A DNA stretch of 47,372 nt from a virus. Lineage: Duplodnaviria > Caudoviricetes. The notes under the pieces are model-generated. The model had not been told where the DNA came from. It worked only from the letters and a program-made list of their open reading frames with translations, and did no database searches. Made by a program: the position numbers and the translations under genes. The stretch is taken from IMG/VR virus record IMGVR_UViG_3300042298_002142, positions 1 through 47,372 of that record; one strand, given 5' to 3'. Of this stretch, positions 8,876 through 17,922 are shown one piece after another. Each line of letters starts with the position of its first letter. Position 1 is the first letter of the stretch.

Positions 8876-10054
8876 ATGCCTGCCGACGCTATCAACCAGT
8901 ACTTCATCTCCGACGCCTCCCGTATTCAAGGCAAGATCGACAAGGTCATGCGCGTGAAAGGTCGTCTCTCCCCCCTTCTCAAGAAGGATGTCCTGCCCGA
9001 TGGCATGGGCTTCAACTTCTCCACCGTCATCACCAAACGCTCTGTGGGCGTCGGCGGTGGTTGGGTCGCTGTTGCCACTCCAGACGGTTCCGGCAACAAC
9101 TGCGTTCCGACCCCCACGGTCGTTTCTCCTGCTCGTACGCAGATCAGCTACTCTGCCTCGCAGACGGTGCAGTTCTCGGAAGACATCTGCTTCCGCGACC
9201 TTGCTGCCGCCTACGACGCCCGCGATCAGCTTGCCACCGACCGCGACAACTTCGTCGCGAACGTCGTGGACCTGTGGGACATCCAGGACAAGCTCCAGTT
9301 CACCTACTGGGCCGGTCACAAGATCATCTTCAACGGCTCGCTCACGGAGACGACCAACGGCACCACGATGCCCGCGACCATCGCCACCAGCACGATCAAC
9401 CAAGGTCTCCTGGACGTGCTCTACAACCGTGCGACCCAGGACGCCGCTGGTGAAGAGTCCGCCTACGCCAAACGTCAAGGCGCTCCGATCCTGCCGCTGA
9501 TCCTCTCCCAACAGGCGCACCGCACCCTCATCAAGGGCGACGACAGCATCCGCGACGACTTCCGCTGGGCTGACTCCGGCAAAGGCGACGGTGCTGTCCT
9601 GCTCCAGAGCTGGGGCATCGACCGTGAGTACGGCGGTTTCCACCACATCATCGACCAACGTATGCCCCGCTGGGACTTCGTGAACGGTGCCTGGGTGGAA
9701 CGTCCGTTCTACTCCAGCACCGCCACCACCATCGGTGAAGCTGCTGACGTTTCTGCCGCTTACACCGCCGCCGAGTTTGAAGACCTCTACATCTTCAGCC
9801 CGGACGTGATGACCCGTCAGGTGCCGAAGCCCTCGACCTCCTTTGGTTCCGGCTCCAGCGCCAAGGCGATCAGCTTCAACGGTGAAGTCGTGTGGCTCAA
9901 CATCCCCGACAAGGAACTCAATCCGTTCAGCGACATCGGCTTCTTCGCCGCCCGTCTGTATGCGGCTTGGAAGCCCCGCAAGGTGCAATACGGCTACGTC
10001 GTCCGCTTCAAGCGTTGCCCGAACGTCGCCACGACTGACTGCCCCGCCTATTGA
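8876..10054 (+). CDS. Major capsid protein
   Basis: About 390 aa after scaffold; strong codon bias; own promoter and downstream terminator; ATG 8876 (MPADAINQY). Confidence 0.8.
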   Translation: MPADAINQYFISDASRIQGKIDKVMRVKGRLSPLLKKDVLPDGMGFNFSTVITKRSVGVGGGWVAVATPDGSGNNCVPTPTVVSPARTQISYSASQTVQFSEDICFRDLAAAYDARDQLATDRDNFVANVVDLWDIQDKLQFTYWAGHKIIFNGSLTETTNGTTMPATIATSTINQGLLDVLYNRATQDAAGEESAYAKRQGAPILPLILSQQAHRTLIKGDDSIRDDFRWADSGKGDGAVLLQSWGIDREYGGFHHIIDQRMPRWDFVNGAWVERPFYSSTATTIGEAADVSAAYTAAEFEDLYIFSPDVMTRQVPKPSTSFGSGSSAKAISFNGEVVWLNIPDKELNPFSDIGFFAARLYAAWKPRKVQYGYVVRFKRCPNVATTDCPAY

Positions 10055-10079
10055 TAGCAGGGGTTGACACCTCAATCAT

Positions 10080-10118
10080 GGCGGGGAACCTGTTCACGCA
10101 GGCTCCCCGCCTTCTTTT
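10080..10118 (+). terminator. Rho-independent terminator after MCP
   Basis: GGCGGGGAaCCTG-ttcacg-CAGGcTCCCCGCC stem followed by TTCTTTT. Confidence 0.8.
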
Positions 10119-10132
10119 CACCCACTCCCCTC

Positions 10133-10363
10133 ATGATCACGATCCCTGTCCCCGCCGAGTTTGACACCGCCTCCTACGAGATGGGCGTCCCCATTGAAGT
10201 CACCGCTACGGTCATCCTGACCGACAAAGGGATGGAGCTTCAAGCCATCGACGGCATGCCCGTCGAGTCCGAAGAAGCTCCTATGGAGGAAGCAGAAGAC
10301 CTAGAAATGGACGAGGCTGGGCTTGAACAGGCTCTTGGCCGCGCCCCAATGATGGAGGCATAA
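10133..10363 (+). CDS. Small acidic head-associated protein
   Basis: ATG 10133; C-terminal EDLEMDEAGLEQAL motif shared with the scaffold. Confidence 0.7.
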   Translation: MITIPVPAEFDTASYEMGVPIEVTATVILTDKGMELQAIDGMPVESEEAPMEEAEDLEMDEAGLEQALGRAPMMEA

Positions 10364-10367
10364 CACC

Positions 10368-10499
10368 ATGACGACCACCACAACCACAGGCACCGCCGAG
10401 GACGCTGCCGCGCTGGCGGTCATCGGAGGCACGGCTTTCGCTGAAACGGAGGTCGGACTGCTCCAGCAAATCCTCGTCGCCATCGCCAACGCACCATGA
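10368..10499 (+). CDS. 43-aa protein paralogous to the N-terminus of the next gene (absent from ORF track)
   Basis: MTTTTTTGTAEDAAALAVIGGTAFAETEVGLLQQILVAIANAP; ATGA overlap with 10496. Confidence 0.7.
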   Translation: MTTTTTTGTAEDAAALAVIGGTAFAETEVGLLQQILVAIANAP

Positions 10500-11029
10500 C
10501 CACCACTACACTTTTTGGCTCTGATGAAGCACAAGCCGCCCGCGACCTAATCGGGGGGACGGCTATTGGCGAACTGCGCAACGAACTGCTCAAGCAGATT
10601 CTCGTGGCGACGGCTAACCGGGCGGGCGGTCTGCCGTCTGGCAGCACGATCACCGACATCATCAACCAGATTACCAATCCTGTTGAGTACTCGGTCGGCT
10701 ACCTTGGCATCCCGCAGAACTCGAAGAGCGCAGCTTACACCACCGTCTTGACGGATGCCGGGAAGCACATCTACCACCCCGGCGCTGATACCACGGCCCG
10801 CACCTGGACGATTGATAGCAATGCCAATGTTCCCTACCCCATCGGCACCGCGATCACGTTTGTCAATGACACCTCCGCTGGGGTGATCACCATCGCCATC
10901 ACGAGTGATACTCTTGTCCTTGCTGGTGCTGGCACCACGGGTTCACGCACGCTTGCCGCCAACGGCATCGCCACGGCGGTCAAAGTAACCTCAACCCGCT
11001 GGATGATCTCTGGCACTGGACTCACTTAA
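10496..11029 (+). CDS. Virion structural/tail-fibre-associated protein
   Basis: T/A/G-rich beta domain GIPQNSKSAAYT..YPIGTAITFVN..WMISGTGLT, typical of phage fibre/decoration proteins. Confidence 0.6.
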   Translation: MTTTTLFGSDEAQAARDLIGGTAIGELRNELLKQILVATANRAGGLPSGSTITDIINQITNPVEYSVGYLGIPQNSKSAAYTTVLTDAGKHIYHPGADTTARTWTIDSNANVPYPIGTAITFVNDTSAGVITIAITSDTLVLAGAGTTGSRTLAANGIATAVKVTSTRWMISGTGLT

Positions 11030-11725
11030 ATGGGCGCGATTCAACAGGTTTTAGCATCCTATCTGAGCGTCCCGCCATTGCCTGCTGGCCTGACGAACCG
11101 CTGGACGGCTCCGAGCACGGGCAGTGATGGGGACTTGATTGCGACGTTGACGGATTCCATCGCGGGCAACAACGGCACGGCAGCGGGTTCGGCACGTCCG
11201 ACACTCAAGACGGGAGCCAATGGGCTGAATGGTCGGAACGTGTTGCGGTTTGACGGCGTAGCGAATGGCTACGCTCTCGGCACCGCGATCTCGCCGCAAA
11301 ACTTTACCTTTGTGGCTGTCTCCAAAAGAATTGGAACGAATAACATTACTTTTGGTGGCACGGACTTTTACCCGTCTCTGATCACGGCGGTAAATTTGGT
11401 CGCTTTTGGAAACAACAGATGTTTCGGATCGGTCGGCGGTTATTCTGAATCTACAGCCAATCTCGGAACGGGCTGGACGGTTGTGGCCGCAGCTTGGAGC
11501 GGTGCCACCCACCAGAATCCCTTTTATGCCAATGGAGGCTCTCAAACCTTTGGCTCAGTCACTAACTATGGCAATGCAACAGGTTTGAGCCGAATCGGTA
11601 AAACTGCACACCTGTTTGGAAATTGTGAAATCGCCGACATGCTGCTGTGGCAGCGGGCGCTGACTTCTCAAGAGTTGCTGGACGTTTCTGCCAACCTCAA
11701 CGCCACCTGGGGAGGGGTTTACTGA
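11030..11725 (+). CDS. LamG/ConA-like lectin-fold receptor-binding protein (putative)
   Basis: NGLNGRNVLRFDG...EIADMLLWQRALTSQE pattern of LamG-like jelly rolls. Confidence 0.6.
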   Translation: MGAIQQVLASYLSVPPLPAGLTNRWTAPSTGSDGDLIATLTDSIAGNNGTAAGSARPTLKTGANGLNGRNVLRFDGVANGYALGTAISPQNFTFVAVSKRIGTNNITFGGTDFYPSLITAVNLVAFGNNRCFGSVGGYSESTANLGTGWTVVAAAWSGATHQNPFYANGGSQTFGSVTNYGNATGLSRIGKTAHLFGNCEIADMLLWQRALTSQELLDVSANLNATWGGVY

Positions 11726-12063
11726 TGCCCTACGCCGTCGCCATCCTGGTGACTGACCGCGTGAGCGGCACACCGCCGCAAGTGACGGCTGTGCGCGAAT
11801 TGCTCGTAACTCACTTTGGCCGCGAGCCAGAAGTGGCGGCACAGGAGTTTGTGCCTGCGGCCTCGCCAGACGGCCAACTGCCTGCGTCCGCGTGGTGGCT
11901 GGCGACGTTGTTCGCCGAGGACAAGCTGGCACTCGCTCAGCAGATCGCCACGCAATACCCCGGCTCACGCGTGGAACCCTACGACCAGGACACCGAGCCG
12001 CTGAAGCCGTGGGACGTGCTCGCCGAGATGGGGATGCAGCCTCTCAACCATGACGTGCCATGA
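11725..12063 (+). CDS. Hypothetical protein
   Basis: TGATG overlap at 11725 (MPYAVAIL...). Confidence 0.65.
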   Translation: MPYAVAILVTDRVSGTPPQVTAVRELLVTHFGREPEVAAQEFVPAASPDGQLPASAWWLATLFAEDKLALAQQIATQYPGSRVEPYDQDTEPLKPWDVLAEMGMQPLNHDVP

Positions 12064-12597
12064 GTGAATCCACCACGCTATGACATGCAGCTTCCTAAAC
12101 TCACACCAGAATGGCAGGCGATCATTTTCGATGAGTCCCCCGCGCCAATGGCCCTTGTTACTGCTTGCCATCGCTTTGCTCGATGTAACGACGCATATTG
12201 TGCCCTGGTTGGTTACTCGCGTTCTGAACTTCTCTCTCGCACATGGCAGTCTATCACCGCAGGCGAAGACATTGACGGCGATTTACAGGGAGCCGAACAC
12301 CTTGCCGAGAACGACGACTCCCAAATCTATACCGTGGAGAAACGCTACCGAACCAAAGCAGGGCCGCTGGTATGGGTTAAGCTCCATGTTCGCGCTGTCT
12401 GGCTTGAAGGCCATTTCGAGGGCTACTACGTCACCGCCCTACCGCTCGACAAGCCAAGCTCTGCCACTCCCAAGTCTGTCGGCATCATCGAGTGGACGAA
12501 GAAAAACCCCAAAGACGCAACCATTGTTAGCCTTGCAGGAATCCTGCTACTCGGGCGAGATGATTTTGTCGAACTTCTGAAACTTTGGATCAAATAA
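12064..12597 (+). CDS. Stand-alone PAS/PAC-domain protein with hydrophobic C-terminus
   Basis: IFDESPAPMALV..RFARCNDAYCALVGYSRSELLSRTWQSIT..ED..YTVEKRYRTKAG..VWV is a canonical PAS+PAC signature; alternative ATG at 12085. Confidence 0.85.
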   Translation: MNPPRYDMQLPKLTPEWQAIIFDESPAPMALVTACHRFARCNDAYCALVGYSRSELLSRTWQSITAGEDIDGDLQGAEHLAENDDSQIYTVEKRYRTKAGPLVWVKLHVRAVWLEGHFEGYYVTALPLDKPSSATPKSVGIIEWTKKNPKDATIVSLAGILLLGRDDFVELLKLWIK

Positions 12598-12598
12598 A

Positions 12599-13060
12599 AT
12601 GTGGCCGTTCAAATCCAAGCCCAAGACTCCGCTTCGCAGCGCCATCGACGGCGCGACGGTTAAGCTACTTCTCGACATCGCCCTACAGGGCCGCAAGCGT
12701 GCTGACTATCGGCATCTCGGCCAGAAGGAGTCTCTGAGCGTCATCACCCGCGCCGACGTGGACAAGGCCAGCCGTAAGGCGTGGATGCCGTGGTTTGCTG
12801 GCAAGTGGGAATGCGAGGATCAAAGCCGCGCTCTCGTCCATGAGGCGCAAAAGATAGCTGCCGCCGAAGGCCGCTCCTGGGCTATTGGCACTCTCCGCGC
12901 TCGTGCGCCAAAAGGCTTGGACGGCTTCCACGTCTATGTGTGGGCTATCGTCCAGACCGAGGGCCGCTTCGGTGGCCGGGACGTTTACTTCTACGACCCT
13001 ACCGCGCAAAGCTGGGCTAGCGCCGCAGACCTCCACGAAGTCGATTACACGATGACATGA
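12599..13060 (+). CDS. Papain/transglutaminase-like cysteine protease-fold protein (putative)
   Basis: WECEDQS (Cys), HVYVW (His), FYDP motifs. Confidence 0.5.
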   Translation: MWPFKSKPKTPLRSAIDGATVKLLLDIALQGRKRADYRHLGQKESLSVITRADVDKASRKAWMPWFAGKWECEDQSRALVHEAQKIAAAEGRSWAIGTLRARAPKGLDGFHVYVWAIVQTEGRFGGRDVYFYDPTAQSWASAADLHEVDYTMT

Positions 13061-13566
13061 ACACCCCACCTCCCATGCCCTTGATCCGCCCGGTTCGGGA
13101 TTCGAGCTTTGGCTTTGGCTTCCTGCCGCGTATTGGACCGCTCAAGAACTGGATTCAAGGTCCGCTCTTTGAGCTGTGCGAGACGCACGACTTCACGGTT
13201 TGCAACACGGGCTTTGAGAAGCAATACCACATCCCAACGGGATACCAGTTTGACAAGGCCAGCGTGCCCCCTTTGGCGTGGTCGTTCGGATACACGCCTG
13301 ACGGACTCTGCACCGTCCCGGCCCTGGAGCATGATTTCCTATGCGACCTGCATAACGGCGGCTCCGCTTGGCTGCGTGAACGCCTTGGAGAGATTCCAAC
13401 CGCTCCGTCGCCAGCGGTGATTCACAAGCATTTCCACCTGTCCCTGCAAGCCTGGGGAACTCGCGGCAGCAAGGCCAAGGTGATGTACACGGGAGTCGAT
13501 TGGTTCGGCCCTGGCGGCAAAGCGTGGCCGACGAACTGGTTCAAAAGAAAAACTAAACTGTCATGA
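13057..13566 (+). CDS. DUF1353-family protein
   Basis: IPTGYQFDKASVPPLAW..PALEHDFL signature. Confidence 0.75.
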   Translation: MNTPPPMPLIRPVRDSSFGFGFLPRIGPLKNWIQGPLFELCETHDFTVCNTGFEKQYHIPTGYQFDKASVPPLAWSFGYTPDGLCTVPALEHDFLCDLHNGGSAWLRERLGEIPTAPSPAVIHKHFHLSLQAWGTRGSKAKVMYTGVDWFGPGGKAWPTNWFKRKTKLS

Positions 13567-14060
13567 GCGCCTTCACCGAAACTCTCGTCACCATCGCTCT
13601 CGCTGAAGTCGGCGTCAAAGAGGTCGGCTCATCCAATCGTGGTCCTCGCGTTGACCAGTATCAACGTGCGACGTGGCTTGAAGAAAAAGATTGGGGCGCG
13701 TGGTGCGCTTCCTTCGTCTGCTGGTCCATTCGCGAGGCGATGAAAGCCCAAGGAGTCAAAGAGACTAAGGGTTTCAGACGCCCACGCACTGCTGGTGCAT
13801 TCGACTTTGAGCGGTGGTCTCTCGCCCAAGACGCCACCACCGCAACCCGTAAACCGGCAGGGAAAGACATCCAGCGCGGCGACTTAGTCATCTTCTCCTT
13901 CTCTCACATCGGCATCGCTCTCGGACCTCCTGATAAGCAGGGCATGCTTCAGACCGTGGACGGCAATAGTAACGCCAAAGGCTCCCGTACAGGCGGAATG
14001 GTCTGCACACCCGTCCGCCACATTGACCTTGTCCGTTCACGCATTCGTTTCACCATCTGA
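13563..14060 (+). CDS. Endolysin, CHAP-type amidase/peptidase
   Basis: ALAEVGVKE..NRGPRVDQY..WCASFVCW..GDLVIF..SHIGI..TVDGN. Confidence 0.8.
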   Translation: MSAFTETLVTIALAEVGVKEVGSSNRGPRVDQYQRATWLEEKDWGAWCASFVCWSIREAMKAQGVKETKGFRRPRTAGAFDFERWSLAQDATTATRKPAGKDIQRGDLVIFSFSHIGIALGPPDKQGMLQTVDGNSNAKGSRTGGMVCTPVRHIDLVRSRIRFTI

Positions 14061-14065
14061 CCCTT

Positions 14066-14752
14066 ATGGCTGCCACCGACCTCTACCTCATCCGCAAAAA
14101 CCAGCAGTGGGTCAAGTACTCCGCTGTTCTGGATCTCACCGTCACCGGCCAGACTACCCCCTACGGGTCGATCACAGGGGTCGCGAGCACGGATGTTGTG
14201 ACCATCCCCGGACTCACCGCCATCGACGGCATGGGTGTTACGCTCACGAGCCTCACGGGAGGCGCTGGGCTGAGCACGGGCGTCAAATACTACCTCGTCA
14301 ACTCCTCTGGTTCCACAGCCAAGCTGGCGACGAGCCAAGGAGGCGCGGCGATCAACTTCACCACGGACATCACAGCCGGGACGCTCTTGGTGTCAATAGA
14401 CGAGATACTGGTGTGGAGCGGCGAATACCGCGACATCTTTGCTTCGGCCATCTCAATCTCAGGTTCCACAACAGCGGGGAACACAAGTTCGCCAAGCACT
14501 TACAGTGCCCCAGGAACGCTCAGCTCCGCAGCGTTCGTGTCTTCGCTGTCAGGGACCACGGTGACGAGCACTCTCACCCCCACCGCCGCCGCTCCTCAAA
14601 GTGATGAGACAGCACACGAGCCTCTCCGTCAGACGGCGCTCAAGAGAACCTGCTGGAAGTTCGACTACGGCGCGGCAGCCACTCCGAGGTACGGGTATGC
14701 TTTCGTCATGGATGGCGACATCATTGCTAACAACCCACCGGAAACCGTGTAA
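14066..14752 (+). CDS. Virion structural protein (tail-associated, putative)
   Basis: T/G/S-rich beta module GLSTGVKYYLVN..KLATS.GGAAINFT. Confidence 0.5.
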   Translation: MAATDLYLIRKNQQWVKYSAVLDLTVTGQTTPYGSITGVASTDVVTIPGLTAIDGMGVTLTSLTGGAGLSTGVKYYLVNSSGSTAKLATSQGGAAINFTTDITAGTLLVSIDEILVWSGEYRDIFASAISISGSTTAGNTSSPSTYSAPGTLSSAAFVSSLSGTTVTSTLTPTAAAPQSDETAHEPLRQTALKRTCWKFDYGAAATPRYGYAFVMDGDIIANNPPETV

Positions 14753-15585
14753 TGCCGCCTCCCGCCAGAGCACCGCAGCAGCCGGTAGGAGATTACTTCA
14801 ATCTTCTGCCGACACCCAACCCGAGCGAAGTCATGTTCCGGGTCAAGCAGCCTGGGGCCATCTTCAAGTCCACGCAGATGCCTGCCCTCGGCACGCCTTT
14901 TAATCAGTGTGACATTCTTTCGGTGAAATCAGCAGTGCAGCTTCAGGGTTACGGCAGCTACGTCTATGTCATGTGCCGACGAGACAAAGAGAACATGTGG
15001 TTCTACTTCGGCAAGAGTCGCACGCAAGCAGAGCGGGACACTCCCTTCCGCACTTACTACACCAAGCAAAACCATCCGTGGGACGCCGTGCTCGAAGACG
15101 TGTACCCCGTCCGAAGTGTAAAACCCACAACGGACATTCTCAGCGACAACACCAAGATCCCCACTGTGGAGCCGGTGTACCAGATCCGGTACAAATACCG
15201 TCCGGCTGTCACCGTGAACAGTTTAGTTCGTGTTGACCTCTACCTCTCCGAAGTGCCGTGGGATCAGGCAAAGTTTCGTCATGAGCAGCCCATCCCCACC
15301 GACGTTCAAGGCAGTTTCGGCGGGCTAGATGTCAGCTTTCCTCGTTGCCTGCACGGGACCGTGACTTTCCCCGAAGCGTTGGCAGGGGCGCAGGTGGTGT
15401 CGGGTGTGGGCATGGTGAACCCGCCACCGGGGCGTAACCCCTCGAAAATGGTCTTCCCCGCCACCAACTTCACCGACTGGCAACCCTACGTCCTTGACGA
15501 CGAGCAGGAGCCTGTGGACGGGATGTACCTGCGCCAAAAGAAAACCATCCTTCCGCCAACCCAGCCCGAGACGGTAATAACATGA
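14752..15585 (+). CDS. Hypothetical structural protein
   Basis: TAATG overlap; within structural operon. Confidence 0.55.
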   Translation: MPPPARAPQQPVGDYFNLLPTPNPSEVMFRVKQPGAIFKSTQMPALGTPFNQCDILSVKSAVQLQGYGSYVYVMCRRDKENMWFYFGKSRTQAERDTPFRTYYTKQNHPWDAVLEDVYPVRSVKPTTDILSDNTKIPTVEPVYQIRYKYRPAVTVNSLVRVDLYLSEVPWDQAKFRHEQPIPTDVQGSFGGLDVSFPRCLHGTVTFPEALAGAQVVSGVGMVNPPPGRNPSKMVFPATNFTDWQPYVLDDEQEPVDGMYLRQKKTILPPTQPETVIT

Positions 15586-16220
15586 TCACGACTCCTCAAG
15601 GCAACTTTGAGTCAGACAGTCCTTTCCAACGTCGATCTCAGACGGTGGGGATGCCTGACACTCGCGTCCTTCAAGGCAGCACAACGGTTCTCGGGCGGAA
15701 TGAGTCACCGAAAGTGACGGCGCAAAACGTGACCGGGCTTCAAGGACCGACCGGGCCTCAAGGGCCGACCGGGACACAAGGACCGACCGGTCCGGGCGGG
15801 TCTCAAGGGCCGACCGGGCTTCAAGGACCGAGCGGGGCTTCAGGGCCGAGCGGGCCTCAAGGTCCGACCGGGACTCAAGGACCGACCGGTCCGGGCGGGT
15901 CTCAAGGGCCGACCGGCCCAAAGGGTAGCTTTGTCGAGACCCCCGCAGGAGTTTTTGAGCTTGCCTGCGCAGAAGGCACCCGCCCATACTTCTTTCACGT
16001 TCGCGAAGTGTCGGAGGCGGTGCCAGTGGAGTTCATGCACACCATCTCAGGGGAGCTTATCCGCTTCCTCTCACATGACGGCAAGCATGAACTGTGTTTG
16101 GGTGTTCGCCGAGAGTTTCCTGACTGGTTTATGCCAAGGTCTAACCACAACCAGCTAGCCCACTCAGTCAAGTTTTGGAATCAAGAATACCTACCCCCAA
16201 GCCAACGAGGACCGACATGA
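15582..16220 (+). CDS. Collagen-like fibre protein
   Basis: 21 consecutive Gly-X-Y triplets (GPT/GPQ/GTQ/GSQ). Confidence 0.8.
   Translation: MITTPQGNFESDSPFQRRSQTVGMPDTRVLQGSTTVLGRNESPKVTAQNVTGLQGPTGPQGPTGTQGPTGPGGSQGPTGLQGPSGASGPSGPQGPTGTQGPTGPGGSQGPTGPKGSFVETPAGVFELACAEGTRPYFFHVREVSEAVPVEFMHTISGELIRFLSHDGKHELCLGVRREFPDWFMPRSNHNQLAHSVKFWNQEYLPPSQRGPT
15735..15923 (+). repeat. Gly-X-Y coding tandem repeat with an internal block duplication
   Basis: 9-nt periodicity; caaggaccgaccggtccgggcgggtctcaagggccgaccgg occurs twice. Confidence 0.9.
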
Positions 16221-16834
16221 CCACTTCAACAGGAGACAACGAAAACCCCTACACCGTAGCCATAGTAGCCATGGGGCCGAGTCATCGGGAGTACCTCGAC
16301 AACTGCTTATCAAAGTCGTCGAGGCGTCAAGTGGCCGATGAGACGTGGGCGATCAACGCCATGGGGGGAGTCATCCAGCACGACAGGCTCATCTGCATGG
16401 ACGCGTTGCCGTACTTTGCGAAAGCCGCCCGGTCAGAGAATCCCGCGCTTGTTGGATACGGCGATTGGCTCTCCAAGCACCCCGGACCCATCTACGCGCA
16501 GCGCGTGTACGAGGGGTTCCCCGGCTCGGTGGAGTACCCTTTGCGGGAAGTCTTGAAGGATTGTGGGTATGCTTATTTTAACAGCACCGTCGCCTATGCG
16601 GTCGGCCTTGCCCTTCTGATGCGAGTCAAGCATCTGAAACTCTACGGTTGCGACTTCACTGCGGGGCAGCATGCGGACGGTCAGACTGGCAGAGCTTGCG
16701 TCGAATACTGGCTGGCGGTGGCTTGCGGGAGGGGCATGAAAGTTACTATCGCCTCCACCTCCACCCTCTGCGACCAAAAGGCGGGGAGACCGTTATACGG
16801 CTACTCATTCCCACCAAATTCAGATAGACTCTGA
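16217..16834 (+). CDS. DUF115/Maf-like (sialyltransferase-fold) glycosyltransferase-like protein
   Basis: [35 protein letters not shown] motifs. Confidence 0.55.
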   Translation: MTTSTGDNENPYTVAIVAMGPSHREYLDNCLSKSSRRQVADETWAINAMGGVIQHDRLICMDALPYFAKAARSENPALVGYGDWLSKHPGPIYAQRVYEGFPGSVEYPLREVLKDCGYAYFNSTVAYAVGLALLMRVKHLKLYGCDFTAGQHADGQTGRACVEYWLAVACGRGMKVTIASTSTLCDQKAGRPLYGYSFPPNSDRL

Positions 16835-16881
16835 CGCAGAAACCCTTATTCTGGAAACACCCTTTACTCTGACACACTTTT

Positions 16882-17922
16882 ATGGCCTCTGAAGCATTCC
16901 TACGTCGTAATCCCCGCTACCGCGAGGCGGAATGGAAGTCTCGCGGTCCGCGTGAAAAAAAGCCTGAGCCGGGCAGCAATCTCGACACGTTTCATCTTCA
17001 GAATCAAGGTTACTCCCGTGACGAGGCGAAGTATGCGGCAGCCGATCTGAGGGCGCGAGGAACGCGAACCGGGTTTGGCGGCAAGGGAGTAGAACCCAAC
17101 CGCAACCTATCTCCTCGGGAGCGTCGCCAACTGGGTCTGGATCGTCGTCCCGGAGAAACCCGCACCCCCTCTGGACCGACAGACGACCAGCGTAAATGGG
17201 CGCGGAGTTTCCGTGAGAGTCGGAGGCCGATCACCACATCCACGAAACCTACATTGCCGCCCACGGGCATATCCGCCGTGGACATGCTAACACCTCAAGT
17301 CTCCACTGCCACTCGCGGTCCCGCACCTGCGATGAACTTCTCCCGTTCGGCACTCGTCGAAGGTGCCAAGCAGACCGGCGATTTCAAAAAAATCCGTGAA
17401 GGCTTCAACACTCAGTCTAAGCAGGCAGGAACCGGCATGCGGATGAACGACCTTGGGGTCGCGACACCCATCTCCAAAACCAAAGTAGGCTCTGACGGAC
17501 TGACGCCCTACGCCCGCGAAAAGTTTGGGCCTGCGGTTGAGGACATTCGTGCTCGCCGCGACTTCGCCACCGGCAAGTCCACGACCACTTCGGGCACAAC
17601 AGGTCTGTCCTCCGGCATCAATGGCCCGGACGCCGACGAGATGACTCCTGACACCGGAGGTGGCAGACCCATGCAGGCCTCAAACTTCCGCCGCGAAATA
17701 TCCAGCAAGTATGGCAGCGGCTCAAACGTCACACGCACTCCCGGTCAGGCCGGTGGCACCATGACCGACCCTCTCACCGGCAAACCTGTTTCTATGACGG
17801 GCGCTCTTGCCGACCAATCGGCGGTGCAGAAGACCAAGGAGCCGGGTAGCACTTCGGGCGACGACTACTACGACCCAAAGAAACTCCGTCAGAGCATGCA
17901 GAATCGAAAGGGGAGGGTGTAA
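16882..17922 (+). CDS. Hypothetical basic, low-complexity protein (possible internal virion protein)
   Basis: R/G/T-rich and probably disordered; position in structural operon. Confidence 0.55.
   Translation: MASEAFLRRNPRYREAEWKSRGPREKKPEPGSNLDTFHLQNQGYSRDEAKYAAADLRARGTRTGFGGKGVEPNRNLSPRERRQLGLDRRPGETRTPSGPTDDQRKWARSFRESRRPITTSTKPTLPPTGISAVDMLTPQVSTATRGPAPAMNFSRSALVEGAKQTGDFKKIREGFNTQSKQAGTGMRMNDLGVATPISKTKVGSDGLTPYAREKFGPAVEDIRARRDFATGKSTTTSGTTGLSSGINGPDADEMTPDTGGGRPMQASNFRREISSKYGSGSNVTRTPGQAGGTMTDPLTGKPVSMTGALADQSAVQKTKEPGSTSGDDYYDPKKLRQSMQNRKGRV

Noticed and set aside
8858-10075. 405-aa antisense ORF over the MCP (similar ones at 5193-6266, 7028-8752, 39930-41267, 45205-46431)
   Set aside because: Shadow frames expected from strong GC3 codon bias; no motifs; fully overlap well-supported genes
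15735-15923. Repeat array as possible CRISPR or DGR element
   Set aside because: 9-nt periodic, in frame and encodes Gly-X-Y; no unique spacers, cas genes or reverse transcriptase
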